Positions 21,485 to 31,363 of a stretch of 64,000 bases of DNA are shown in pieces. Source of the DNA: an uncultured delta proteobacterium (lineage in GTDB: Bacteria; Myxococcota_A; UBA9160; SZUA-336); the NCBI GenBank assembly GCA_963704165.1, contig CAVPHD010000003.1:320001-384000 (forward strand), written 5' to 3'. The notes under the pieces are model-generated. The model did no database searches. It worked only from the letters and a program-made list of their open reading frames with translations, and was not told the origin of the DNA. The stretch's first letter is position 1, and each line of letters starts with the position of its first letter. A program made the translations under genes and the position numbers.

Positions 21485-23475
21485 CGCTCACCCTCGCCGC
21501 CCGAGATGTGCGATCCACCCGCGAGGGAGGCGTCGAAGTCGACGACGAAGAGCCGGTGCAGGAGCTGGGTTCCGAGCACGAGGATCAGCAGCCACTCGAG
21601 CTGAAGCCTCGCGATGTGGCCATCCGGCGCGTGCTCGAGCCGCGCCCGAAGCGAAGCCACCACGCTCGGATCGAAGAACCCGGAGTCGATCAGGCTCCGC
21701 TCGCTGAGCAGCTCATCGACGTAGTCCGGACGGCGGCGTCCGAAGAACCATTCCTTGATCGGCGTGTAGAACGGGCGCTTGCGGCGCGTGCGGATCGATT
21801 CCGGCAGGAGACCGCGCATCGCGCCGCGCAGAACGGACTTCTCGGTGAAGCCCGACAGCTTGTGCTTGGGGTGGAGCCGCGCGAGCCACTCGACGAGCTC
21901 GTGATCGAGCAGGGGCACGCGCGCCTCGACGCCGTTCGCCATCGACGCGCGATCGCCCATCAGGAGAATCCAGGAGGGAAGGCGGCTCTCCACTTCGAGC
22001 GCGAGCCCGGCGTCGAGCGGGTGAAGTCCCGCGACGTTCTCGGGCACGAGCGCCGAGAATCCGGAGGGCGCGGCGGTGATCGGCCGCGGCCGCCGATCGC
22101 CGAAGGAGAGCAGCTGATCGCGCTCCGGGCCGAGCGCCATCCAGACGTCGTACCAGGGCGGGTAGATACCGCCGAAGGCCGCCTCGATGTCGGCCGCCGA
22201 GCGCTGTTGCGTGCGCAGGAAGTGATCGACGAGTCCGTCCGGAGTGCCGAGCCAGCGATAGAGCTGCCGGTAGAACGGCGCGCGCAGGGTTCGTAGCCCG
22301 GGGCGATCGAGCAGCCGTCGCATCTTGTCGGCGCGGAAGCAGTCGTAGCCACCGATCAGCTCGTCCGCGCCCTCTCCGGTCAGGGCGACCTTGAAGCCCT
22401 CCTTGCGCGCCGCGGCAGAGAGCAGCGAGAGCGGAAGCGCGAGCGGGAACTGAAGTGGCAGCTCGCAGTGCCAGACCACGTCCGGGTAGTGCAACGCGGC
22501 GCTGGGATCGCAGGTGACGATGTGACTCGGAGCGCCGAGCGCGGCGGCGACGCGCGCGGCGTACTCGCGCTCGTCGTGCTCGGGTGACGTGAAGCCGATC
22601 GAGAACGTCTCTGGCGCCTCTCCCGTCACCTCGCGATAGAGCGCGGCGATGGCCGAGGAGTCGAGCCCGCCCGAGAGGAACGTCGCGACCGGCGAATCCG
22701 AGCGCGCGTGGACCTCGACGCGCTGGATCAGGAGACCGCGGAGCTCCTCCTCGGCGTCGGCGCGCTTGACGTCGCGGTGCTCGCCGAGCGGAACGAACGG
22801 CGCACGCCAGTAGCGGCGGGGCTCTCCGACCGGACGCCCCACGTCGATGCGAAGCGTGTGGGCCGGGCGAAGCTCGAGGACGCCGCGGAACATCGTGCGT
22901 GGTGGGCACGGGTAGGAGAGCGAGAACACGTCGTCGACCGAGTCCCGATCGATCTCGATCGGCACCTGCCTCGACGCCAGGATTCCCTTGATCTCGGAGG
23001 CGAAGATCACGTAGTCGCGCGTCTCGGCGACGTAGAGCGGCTTGATGCCGAGCCGATCGCGCGCGAGCAGGAGCGAGCGATTCCGGCCGTCCCAGATCGC
23101 GAACGCGAACATGCCGGTCAGGCGCTTGACCAGGTCCTCTCCGTACTCCTCGTACAGGTGCGGCAGGATCGGCGTGTCGCACTCGCCGGAGATCGCGTGA
23201 CCGCGCGCGCGCAGTCCGATGCGCAGCTCGTCGTGGTTGTAGATCTCGCCGTTGAAGACGCTGACGATCGAGGGATGACAGCCGTGTACGGGCTGGCGTC
23301 CGTAGTCGCGATCCACGATCGCCAGGCGCGCGACCGCGAGCTGCACGTCGGACGAGAGGAACTCGGTCGTCTCGTCGGGGCCGCGATAGCCGATCGCGGC
23401 GGCCATCCGCCGGATGATCTCCGGTGCGGGCAGCGGCCTGTCGCCTTTTCGAACGATCCCGACCAGACCGCACAC
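21481..23475 (-). CDS. asnB: Asparagine synthase (glutamine-hydrolysing)-like amidotransferase
   Basis: GTG start giving N-terminal (M)CGLVG; RGPD, FNGEIYN, ARDRLGIKPLY, FLSGGLDSS, TGEGADE and EARVP. Confidence 0.93.
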   Translation of the reverse strand: MCGLVGIVRKGDRPLPAPEIIRRMAAAIGYRGPDETTEFLSSDVQLAVARLAIVDRDYGRQPVHGCHPSIVSVFNGEIYNHDELRIGLRARGHAISGECDTPILPHLYEEYGEDLVKRLTGMFAFAIWDGRNRSLLLARDRLGIKPLYVAETRDYVIFASEIKGILASRQVPIEIDRDSVDDVFSLSYPCPPRTMFRGVLELRPAHTLRIDVGRPVGEPRRYWRAPFVPLGEHRDVKRADAEEELRGLLIQRVEVHARSDSPVATFLSGGLDSSAIAALYREVTGEAPETFSIGFTSPEHDEREYAARVAAALGAPSHIVTCDPSAALHYPDVVWHCELPLQFPLALPLSLLSAAARKEGFKVALTGEGADELIGGYDCFRADKMRRLLDRPGLRTLRAPFYRQLYRWLGTPDGLVDHFLRTQQRSAADIEAAFGGIYPPWYDVWMALGPERDQLLSFGDRRPRPITAAPSGFSALVPENVAGLHPLDAGLALEVESRLPSWILLMGDRASMANGVEARVPLLDHELVEWLARLHPKHKLSGFTEKSVLRGAMRGLLPESIRTRRKRPFYTPIKEWFFGRRRPDYVDELLSERSLIDSGFFDPSVVASLRARLEHAPDGHIARLQLEWLLILVLGTQLLHRLFVVDFDASLAGGSHISGGEGER

Positions 23476-23647
23476 GGTCCCGCTCTCCCACTGCTCGACA
23501 CCCGCGATACGAGGCTCTTTTCCTTCGGGTCCGGCCTTTGTGATCTGGAGTACCGATTCGCACGTCGGCTGCGTGTCGGAGCCCGGATTGGAGCCCGAAC
23601 GCGCGCCGGCCGATGAGCAGACCAGGCCGATCCAGGCCGAGGTCCGC

Positions 23648-24481
23648 ATGAGCAGACCGCACTTCCTGCTCGCAAGCTGCGCAACAGCTGCGCTCGTCGC
23701 GGCGTCCGCCGTGCCTCGTCCGCTTTCGGCCTCGGATGTCGCGAGCGCGAAGTCCGGGCTCGATGGACGCCAGATCATGGAGCAGGTCGATCGCAGGCAG
23801 CGCGGCCCCGATCAGCGGCTGCGGATGATCTGGCACCTCCGCGAAGCGTCCGGCCGCGAGCGCGTCCGCGAGACACGCAGCTATTGGCGCGACTATCGGG
23901 ATGCGGACTCCAAGCTTCGGAGCAAGCGGCTGATCGTCTTCGACGCGCCGCCGGACGTCCGCGAAACGGCGCTCCTGGTCTGGAGCTATCGCGAGCCCGA
24001 CATCGACGACGACCGCTGGATCTACCTGCCCGCGCTGCGCAAGGTCCGGCGTGTCGCGGGAGCCGACCGTAGCCGGTCCTTCACCGGCAGCGAGTTCAAC
24101 TACGACGACCTCGGCGACCGCGAGCTCGAAGAGGACTCGCACGTGCTCTTGCGCAGCGAGATGGAAGGCGGACGGCAGCTGCACGTCGTCGAGTCGAGCG
24201 CGCGCGACCCGGACTCGCCCTTTGCACGGCGCCTGCAGTGGGTCGATGCGCAGAACTTCACCGTCCCGCGCGTCGAGTACTACGACGAACACGACCGACT
24301 CGCGAAGGTTCTCAGCGTCGAATGGCGCGAGGTCGGTGGTGTCTGGGACTGGGCGCGGCTCCGGATGGAGAACGTGCGCTCCGGGCGATCGACCGAGGTC
24401 GAGGTGACGGAAGTCGTGCACGGCCTCGGGCTTCCTGATGACGCCTTCAGCGAGAGCGCGCTGCGCTTCGGCGTGAAGTAG
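23648..24481 (+). CDS. LolA-like outer-membrane lipoprotein-sorting protein
   Basis: Signal peptide; F..PPDVRETALL, DDRWIYLPALRKVRRV and SFTGSEFNYDD. Confidence 0.9.
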   Translation: MSRPHFLLASCATAALVAASAVPRPLSASDVASAKSGLDGRQIMEQVDRRQRGPDQRLRMIWHLREASGRERVRETRSYWRDYRDADSKLRSKRLIVFDAPPDVRETALLVWSYREPDIDDDRWIYLPALRKVRRVAGADRSRSFTGSEFNYDDLGDRELEEDSHVLLRSEMEGGRQLHVVESSARDPDSPFARRLQWVDAQNFTVPRVEYYDEHDRLAKVLSVEWREVGGVWDWARLRMENVRSGRSTEVEVTEVVHGLGLPDDAFSESALRFGVK

Positions 24482-24484
24482 GCG

Positions 24485-25969
24485 ATGGGTCGATCGCGTG
24501 CGTGGCTCGTCGCCGCGGTGGTCTTCGCGGCGGGAAGCGTACGGGCGGAGACACCGCTCGAGCTGACGACCTTGCTCGAGACCGATTCCGCCTGGCGGAT
24601 CCACTCGCCACGCCAGCTCCAGAAATCCCAGAACCGCCTCGAGCTCGATGGCGCGCTCGGGCTCTCGAAGTCGTTCGAGCTTCGCGTCACCGGCCGCATG
24701 ATCTGGGATCCGACCGGAAACCTGGTCGGCCGGCATCCGGATCCGCACTTCGAGCCGATCGACCGCGCGCAGGCCGGCACCGGCCAGTATCTCGAGGCCG
24801 AGCTTCGCGAGGCGTACCTCGACTGGCACGGACGCGTCGCGGGCATGCGGCTCGACGTACGCGCCGGCAAGCAGCAGATCGTCTGGGGACAATCCTTCGG
24901 TCTGCGTGTGCTCGACCTGGTGAATCCCCAGGACTACCGCGAGTTCATTCTCGACGAGTTCGTGGACGCGCGCATTCCGACGTTCGCCTTGCGCGGCGAT
25001 CTCGCGGCGCGAGGCTTCACGCTTCAGGCGATCGTCGTTCCCGACTTCGAGCCCGACCTGCTCCCCGATCTGGAGAGCGAGTTCGGACTCGAGTCCAGCG
25101 TACCGGGCTACCTGCCCGGGCTAGCGCCGCTGCCCGACGATCCGCTCTTCGCGGGCGGCGGTCCGATCCTGATTCCAGGTGACGACGACCGCCCCGGCGA
25201 CTGGCGCGCGCGAAGTCTCGCGTACGGGCTGCGCATCTCGACCGCCGCGCGCGGCTTCGACGTCGGTCTGTACTACTGGGACCGCATCGACCCATCGCCC
25301 GTCTTCCGTCGCAGCATCCAGTCCCTCGTCGTGCCCGGCTATGGACCCGTGCCCGTGAACGTGATCGACACCGAGTACGCGCGCGTGCGGAGCGTGGGCG
25401 TGTCGTTTGCGCGTCCACTCGGCCAGTTCGCGCTCTGGGGCGAGGGCGCGGTCAGCCACGGCCGCGCGTTCGCTCTCGACGACCTGTCCGATCCGGACGG
25501 CTGGGTTCGGCGACCGGATCTGCAGTACGCGCTGGGCCTGGACTGGAACGCGGGCGAGAGTTGGTTCGCGAACGCGCAGTGGATCCAGTTCGTGCGCATG
25601 GGACCGACCCACGGCATCGAGGTCGATCGCACGCGAAACTTCGCGTCGCTCCTGCTCCGCGGCGAATTGCTGGCCGAGACCCTCGTGCCGCAGGTCTTCG
25701 TCCTCTTCGGACTGAACGAGCAGGAAGCGATGGTGCGCCCGTCGCTCGAGTACCGCGCGACCGACCGGCTCTCGGTCGCGCTCGGCGTCGACCTCTTCAC
25801 CGGCCCGCGAAACGGAACGCTCGGCCAGTACGCGCACGAGCGAGGCTGCGCGACGATTCCCGTCTCGGTGCCGCTGCCCGGTGCGGGAACCTGCGGGTAC
25901 GAGTCGCCGGAGGGCGAGACGAGCCGGGTCTACCTGCGGATTCGCTACGCGTTCATGAACGCGTTCTAG
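24485..25969 (+). CDS. DUF1302-like outer-membrane beta-barrel protein
   Basis: Signal peptide; LREAYLD, GKQQIVWG and LDLVNP; C-terminal alternating strand ending in Phe. Lies directly after the LolA-like gene. Confidence 0.8.
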   Translation: MGRSRAWLVAAVVFAAGSVRAETPLELTTLLETDSAWRIHSPRQLQKSQNRLELDGALGLSKSFELRVTGRMIWDPTGNLVGRHPDPHFEPIDRAQAGTGQYLEAELREAYLDWHGRVAGMRLDVRAGKQQIVWGQSFGLRVLDLVNPQDYREFILDEFVDARIPTFALRGDLAARGFTLQAIVVPDFEPDLLPDLESEFGLESSVPGYLPGLAPLPDDPLFAGGGPILIPGDDDRPGDWRARSLAYGLRISTAARGFDVGLYYWDRIDPSPVFRRSIQSLVVPGYGPVPVNVIDTEYARVRSVGVSFARPLGQFALWGEGAVSHGRAFALDDLSDPDGWVRRPDLQYALGLDWNAGESWFANAQWIQFVRMGPTHGIEVDRTRNFASLLLRGELLAETLVPQVFVLFGLNEQEAMVRPSLEYRATDRLSVALGVDLFTGPRNGTLGQYAHERGCATIPVSVPLPGAGTCGYESPEGETSRVYLRIRYAFMNAF

Positions 25970-26092
25970 CCGGAATCGTCAGCTGGATCGGGAACGCGCC
26001 ATCGTCGAGTTGGCGGAATGATACCCTGTGGACTCAACCTACCGAGTCTCCGGAGAATCCCGGGCGGTACCCCCTCATGAGTAGACTTCGCG

Positions 26093-27304
26093 ATGATGCG
26101 GCTTGCCTATCTCGCGCACTGTTATCCCTACCCAAGTCACACGTTCATCCGGCGGGAGATTCGCGAACTCGAGCGTCTGGGCCATGAGATTCACCGATTC
26201 GCGCTGCGAGCCGCTCCTACCGCCATCCTCGACGCAGAGGACGAAATGGAAGGCGCGCAAACTTGGACCGTTCTCCGTCAGCCTGTCTGGCGCTTCGCCG
26301 CTGCGTTGCTGTGTGATGCATTTGCACGTCCTCGGCGCGCACTCAGAGCGTGGAAAGCTGCGTACGCTCTCGCCCCAGTAAAGCGTCTCCGCATCATTCG
26401 TGCGCTTGCCTACTTCCTAGAGGCCTCTCTCCTCGCCCGCGAGTTTCGCCACAGAGGACTCCTTCACTTGCACGCGCACTTCGGCACGCATCCGTCTGCC
26501 GTCGCACACGTGGCGAGTACGATTTGCGATACCTCCTACAGCTTGACCATCCACGGACCGGAGGAGTTTCTTCCCGAGTTCCGCTCAGGGATCCGCGCCA
26601 AGGTCCACAAAGCGGCATTCACCGCCGTGATCAGCGACTACTGCGCAGCACGTGTGCGCGAACTTTCCCACCATGTCGACCGCGAGAAGATCGTGGTCGT
26701 TCGCTGCGGTGTTGGACCTGCCTTTCTAGGTACGCCGTCGCCGGTCGACCCACAGACACGGCAGGTGGTCTGCGTCGGCAGGCTTACCGCGCGAAAGGGC
26801 CAGCTTCGCCTGATCGACGCGGCGACCCAATTGCATCGGGAGGGCACCGAGTTCTCCATCGTCATGTTGGGCGACGGCGAACTTCGCGGGGAGATCGAGG
26901 CGCGGATTGAATCGCTTGGCCTCCACGGTTGCATAGAGCTACGAGGCTGGGCGGATGAGTCCGAAGTCAGGTCTAGCATTTCCGCCGCACGTGGATTGGT
27001 CGTGCCCAGCAGTGACGAAGGCCTGCCCGTGGCGATCGTCGAGGCGCTGGCTCTTGGGCGCCCGGTGATCGCAAGCCGAGTCGCGGCCATCCCGGAACTG
27101 GTCCGAGACGGCGAGACTGGGTGGCTCGTCTCGGCCGATGGCATCGATGATCTCGCGAGCGCACTCCGCGATCTCCTCGCCACGCCCGCTCAGACGTTGA
27201 CGCAACTCGGTTCGAACGGTCGGGAACTCGTCCTGCGCTGTCATCGAACTGAAATCGAGGTCGAGATCCTAGAAGGTCACTTCCGAAGGGCATTGACTAC
27301 ATGA
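26093..27304 (+). CDS. Glycosyltransferase family 4 (WcaL-like)
   Basis: SHTFIRREI, HLHAHFG, VGRLTARKG and EGLPVAIVEALA. Confidence 0.92.
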   Translation: MMRLAYLAHCYPYPSHTFIRREIRELERLGHEIHRFALRAAPTAILDAEDEMEGAQTWTVLRQPVWRFAAALLCDAFARPRRALRAWKAAYALAPVKRLRIIRALAYFLEASLLAREFRHRGLLHLHAHFGTHPSAVAHVASTICDTSYSLTIHGPEEFLPEFRSGIRAKVHKAAFTAVISDYCAARVRELSHHVDREKIVVVRCGVGPAFLGTPSPVDPQTRQVVCVGRLTARKGQLRLIDAATQLHREGTEFSIVMLGDGELRGEIEARIESLGLHGCIELRGWADESEVRSSISAARGLVVPSSDEGLPVAIVEALALGRPVIASRVAAIPELVRDGETGWLVSADGIDDLASALRDLLATPAQTLTQLGSNGRELVLRCHRTEIEVEILEGHFRRALTT

Positions 27305-28793
27305 CGCCTTCGAACTCCCTCGCACCGTCGGAAATCCGACGCCGATTGATGCGATGGACGGAACCAAGCAAGCGGGAGGTCGCGCGTCTGTACGAGGGGT
27401 CTCGTGCTGGGGTGAAGGAATGGTCGAGCAGTGCGAGTCGGTGGTTCGGGCGGATTTCTTCCAGATCAGGGAATGCATGGGGCTCGCGCTCGACTCTCCT
27501 GTGAATCCGTGTTCCCGTCATCAGCGCAAAGCGATTCAATGCGATGCGGTCGATCCGACCCTCATTCTCCTCGAGGAATGAGGCGCTCGCGGCAACGTCC
27601 GTCGCGCGCTCGCCGGGGTAGCCGAGGATCATCGTGAGGCGGACGCTCAGGCCAACTGTGGCAGCGTCGGCCAGAAATCGCCGTGTCGTTTCGAGATCAG
27701 TTCCTTTCCTCATTTCGTCCAGCAAGCGCTGACTTCCAGACTCGAGTCCCGTCGTCAGCCGAACCATCCCCGAAGCTCGAGCCGCACGTAATTCGGCGAG
27801 GGATACGCCGTCGGGTCGATTCCCGGTCACGTGAACCGCGCCGATCCAGCGCACTGATGGGACACGTGTGCGAACTCTCGAGATCAGTGCGTTCCACACA
27901 CGGGCGTCCGAGTTCAGCTTCAAGTCGGCAAATGCGAATAGCTCCGTCTCATGACGTCGCGACTGAAACTCCAGTTCTTCGAGTACGCTCTCAGCGCTTC
28001 TGGATCGAAAGCTGCGTCCCGCCGTACTCGTCACGTCGGAACAGAAGGAGCAGACCCCCCAGCCGCAGCCTCGTCCGGTCAGCATCGGGACGATCCGGTT
28101 TGGGTACTGCTGCCACGGGAAGTCGCGATAATCCGGAAATGGAAGGTCGTCCAGGCCGAGCAGCGGGCGCGCCGGTTTCGGAGTTCGCCCCCTGACCCAC
28201 AGCCCCGGAAACTCGTCGAGCGCCTTCTCGTCGACTACGGCTCGTACGATGGCTGGGAGATCGGGCTCTACCTCGCCGCCCACTATCGCCGCTACACCAG
28301 GAATACCTACCCACTCAGTCGCAACCTCCCGCTGATAGAAGTAGCTACCACCGACGATCACCGGGATGCCACGTAGTCCGCAGATGCGCGCGATCTCGCG
28401 ACAGGCCTCGTAGTACATGAGGTAGGTCGAGATCAGAACGACATCGCATCCGGTCGCTAGTTTCGTTTCGAGTGTGTTCAGCAATTCGCGCATCGCGCGG
28501 GGCGGGATTGGATGTCGCCGATCCACCCACAAGGCGCGTGCTCGCTGTACGTGCGGGTTGCTCGATATCGCTGTCCGGTAGCGTATCCGCGCTTCGGCGA
28601 GCCCCCAAGGCGCGGCTCGCGACTCGCGGGGATTCCCGGTCACCCCGAACGCTAGAGGGGACAGAACGGTGACGTTCGTCTCGTTCTCGCGGAGGATCGC
28701 AGCAAGAAGCCCGACCGCGACGGTCGGGTAGCGCGCGAAGTTGTTCAAATCGACGAGAAGTACCCTCGGCTGGGTTTGAACTGTGGGACTCAC
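27297..28793 (-). CDS. B12-binding radical SAM protein
   Basis: N-terminal cobalamin-binding-like domain (VIVGG...GEVE...LDDLPFPDY); GRGCGWGVCSFC (Cx4Cx2C); GLESGS; ILGYPGE. Confidence 0.9.
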   Translation of the reverse strand: MSPTVQTQPRVLLVDLNNFARYPTVAVGLLAAILRENETNVTVLSPLAFGVTGNPRESRAAPWGLAEARIRYRTAISSNPHVQRARALWVDRRHPIPPRAMRELLNTLETKLATGCDVVLISTYLMYYEACREIARICGLRGIPVIVGGSYFYQREVATEWVGIPGVAAIVGGEVEPDLPAIVRAVVDEKALDEFPGLWVRGRTPKPARPLLGLDDLPFPDYRDFPWQQYPNRIVPMLTGRGCGWGVCSFCSDVTSTAGRSFRSRSAESVLEELEFQSRRHETELFAFADLKLNSDARVWNALISRVRTRVPSVRWIGAVHVTGNRPDGVSLAELRAARASGMVRLTTGLESGSQRLLDEMRKGTDLETTRRFLADAATVGLSVRLTMILGYPGERATDVAASASFLEENEGRIDRIALNRFALMTGTRIHRRVEREPHAFPDLEEIRPNHRLALLDHSFTPARDPSYRRATSRLLGSVHRINRRRISDGAREFEGVM

Positions 28794-28832
28794 GGAAACA
28801 CGCCCAGCGCCATCGCGTGGGTATACTAATAC

Positions 28833-29837
28833 ATGGACCGGGTTGGAAAAAACACGAAACTGCGATGCCCTCGCTGCCGAGCGATGCTCGGTAGCGAGGG
28901 GGAGTTCTTGGTGTGTGCAGAGCGGACCTGTCGATTGCAGTATCCGATGGTTGGCGGCGTTCCGGTCCTGATAGACGAACGCGTGAGCATCTTCCGGATC
29001 GCGGACTACACAACGCAGGCTCTCGCAAAGCCCCCACAGTCACCGTTGCACTCGTTTGCGCTCCGCGCGCTTCCGAGCCTCGACCTCAATGGAGCCGCAG
29101 AGCGAAACGCAACCCTCATACGTGAGGAGCTGTTCGAACGCACAGAGCGACCCGAGATGCTCAACATCGGAGGAAAGCACCCGAGGGCCGCGCTAGCCGC
29201 CCTGAGACGAGATGCGCGCATCGACTGCACCGAATCTGACAGCATCCCGGGTCCCGGCGTCGCTGTCATCGCCGACGCACGGGCCCTGCCATTTGCCGAC
29301 TCGTCTTTCGATCTCGTCGTCCTCGACGGCGTCTTGGAGCACAGCGTCGATCCGCCGGGGATCGTAGACGAAGTCCACCGAGTTCTCCGACCTGGTGGTT
29401 TGGTCTACGCTGACACGCCGTTCATGCTGCCAGTGCACGGTGGTGCTTACGACTTCGGCCGGTTTTCGTCGCTCGCGCATCGTCGATTGTTTGCGCGCTT
29501 CCGCCAGATATCTGCTGGAGTCTCGTCGGGACCCGCCGCGGCGCTGGGCTACTCGATCCAGTCGGTACTGCTCACCTTGGCTCGCGGCCGGAAATCACGT
29601 TTCGCGCTGAAGGCACTCACCCGCTTCATGTTCTTCTGGATCAAATACCTCGATCTTGGGATCTCCTCACGGCCAGGCGCAATCGACGCGGCACTCGGCG
29701 TCTACTTCATCGGTGAGCGCGCGGAGGCTTCGATATCTGACCGAGATCTGCTCGATGCATATACGGGGAGCACCCCAAACCTGTACGCGCGTGCAGCGAG
29801 TACATGCGGACGGCGCGCAGGTGATTCCGGAGGATGA
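28833..29837 (+). CDS. Trm112-like Zn-ribbon plus class I SAM methyltransferase
   Basis: LRCPRC...C...C..YPMVGGVPVL; LPFADSSFDLV; VLEH; LRPGG; PF..PVHGGAYDF. Confidence 0.85.
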   Translation: MDRVGKNTKLRCPRCRAMLGSEGEFLVCAERTCRLQYPMVGGVPVLIDERVSIFRIADYTTQALAKPPQSPLHSFALRALPSLDLNGAAERNATLIREELFERTERPEMLNIGGKHPRAALAALRRDARIDCTESDSIPGPGVAVIADARALPFADSSFDLVVLDGVLEHSVDPPGIVDEVHRVLRPGGLVYADTPFMLPVHGGAYDFGRFSSLAHRRLFARFRQISAGVSSGPAAALGYSIQSVLLTLARGRKSRFALKALTRFMFFWIKYLDLGISSRPGAIDAALGVYFIGERAEASISDRDLLDAYTGSTPNLYARAASTCGRRAGDSGG

Positions 29838-30037
29838 GTGGGCTCGCTTCAGCGCTTGAAGCAATCGCTCGGAATCTAGGCAACCGAGACACCGCCGCGC
29901 CGGCGTTGAAACCGCATCCAAGGCGCTGATCGGCAGGGGCTGCGGAACAGATGCGTGCGCACCCCGAGAGCTGGGCGAGGCTCACGCATGCGAGCGGGTC
30001 AGTCAGAACCCCAGACGCGAGGCGATTCGCATTCGCA

Positions 30038-31357
30038 TCAGCTTCCGGCTTCTCGCTGGCGTCGGCCGCACCATGCGCAGAAGCGCCAGAAGACCTTCGT
30101 GACCGGAAAGCGGCAGCGCGGACAGCGGTCGGGGAGATCGGGGTGACTCCAGGGCCGACCGGGCTTCTGCTTGCAGATCGGGCAGTAGCGCATGAACGGG
30201 CGAAGCTGTCCGGCGCAGCCGCGACGCGTGCAGGTCCGCGTCGCGAGCGGGTCGGGGCGCGGCGGCCGGCCGTTTCCTTGGAAGCGCCCCTTCCAGCACC
30301 AGGGACAGCTCGTCCACTCGGGCAGCACGCCGCGCTCGCATTCGGGACAGATCAGCGGCGCTCGGGTGATCTCGGCGAACGAGTTGTCCTTCGCTCCGCA
30401 CCACGGGCAGACGCTCATCGCCTCCGCGATCGGGCCATTGCAGCGGCGGCAGTGGAAGCGCATCCCGAGCGCCCGCCCGTGACGGCGGCGGAAGAGCTCC
30501 ATGCCGACCGCGAACGGTGTCGGCGCCGGCGCTCGACTGCGGCGCCGGCGCGGGCGCTTCGCCGATTTCGCCTCCTCGACCCTGCGGAACGCGTTCTCGA
30601 GCGCGACGTGCAGCTCGACCGCCGACGGGTAGCGGTCGGCAGGATCGAACGCGCAGGCGCGGCGCAGCACCGGCCGTACCGGCTCGGGCACCTTCGAGGT
30701 GAACCGGTCGTGGCGTTCGGGTGGCCAGGGAAACGGCCAGGCCAGCAGGACACCCGTCAGGAGCTCGTAGGCGATCAGGCCCAACGAGAAGACGTCGCTC
30801 GCGAGCGTCGGCTTCCCGTACGCCTGCTCGGGCGCCATGTAGCCCATCGTGCCGGCCTCGGTGTAGCTGCGCGACTCGGGGCGGACGAAGCGCGACACGC
30901 CGAAGTCGGTGATCGCGGCGTGCCCGTCGGCGAAGATCAGCACGTTCTCGGGCTTCAGATCGCGGTGCATGAGCGAGAGCGAGTGCGCGTGCGCGAGCCC
31001 GGCGGCGACGTCGCGGACGATCCGCAGCGCCACGCGTCCCGAACGCCAGGCCGGGCCGTAGTCGTAGACGTGACCCTTGGCGAGCTCGCTCGCCATCACG
31101 AAACGGCCGTCGATCCAGTCGGCGTTGCGCGTGGCGACGATGTTCGGATGCGAGAGCCGGCAGGCGATGCGCGCCTCGGTCTCCATCGCCTCGCGCCCGA
31201 ACTCCTTCGTCACCCAGTCGAAGGCGATCTTCAGCGCGACGCGCCGACCCTCGACGGTGTCGCGCGAAGCCCAGACGTCGGAGAACGCTCCCTTCCCGAG
31301 CCGGCGCTCGAGGCGGTACTTGCCCAGGCGCGTGCCCTTCCGGAGAACTCCCGGCAA
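30038..31357 (-). CDS. Hanks-type Ser/Thr kinase with C-terminal tandem zinc ribbons
   Basis: LGKGAFS, VALK, HRDLKPEN, DFG and APE motifs, followed by eight CxxC-type pairs. Confidence 0.92.
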   Translation of the reverse strand: MPGVLRKGTRLGKYRLERRLGKGAFSDVWASRDTVEGRRVALKIAFDWVTKEFGREAMETEARIACRLSHPNIVATRNADWIDGRFVMASELAKGHVYDYGPAWRSGRVALRIVRDVAAGLAHAHSLSLMHRDLKPENVLIFADGHAAITDFGVSRFVRPESRSYTEAGTMGYMAPEQAYGKPTLASDVFSLGLIAYELLTGVLLAWPFPWPPERHDRFTSKVPEPVRPVLRRACAFDPADRYPSAVELHVALENAFRRVEEAKSAKRPRRRRSRAPAPTPFAVGMELFRRRHGRALGMRFHCRRCNGPIAEAMSVCPWCGAKDNSFAEITRAPLICPECERGVLPEWTSCPWCWKGRFQGNGRPPRPDPLATRTCTRRGCAGQLRPFMRYCPICKQKPGRPWSHPDLPDRCPRCRFPVTKVFWRFCAWCGRRQREAGS

Positions 31358-31363
31358 ATCGGC

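Noticed and set aside
23538..23556. CRP/FNR-like site (TGTGA...) in the divergent asnB/LolA-like intergenic region
   Set aside because: The second half-site does not match TCACA.
23476..23778. N-terminal extension of asnB in the ORF track
   Set aside because: Ntn amidotransferases need Cys at position 2, which fixes the start at GTG 23475; the extension also overlaps the divergent gene.
21713..24892. 1059-aa minus-strand ORF and similar long Arg/Ala-rich ORFs (for example 18382-20265, 29951-31894, 55365-57272)
   Set aside because: Shadow or alternate-frame ORFs of well-supported genes in high-GC DNA; no recognisable motifs.
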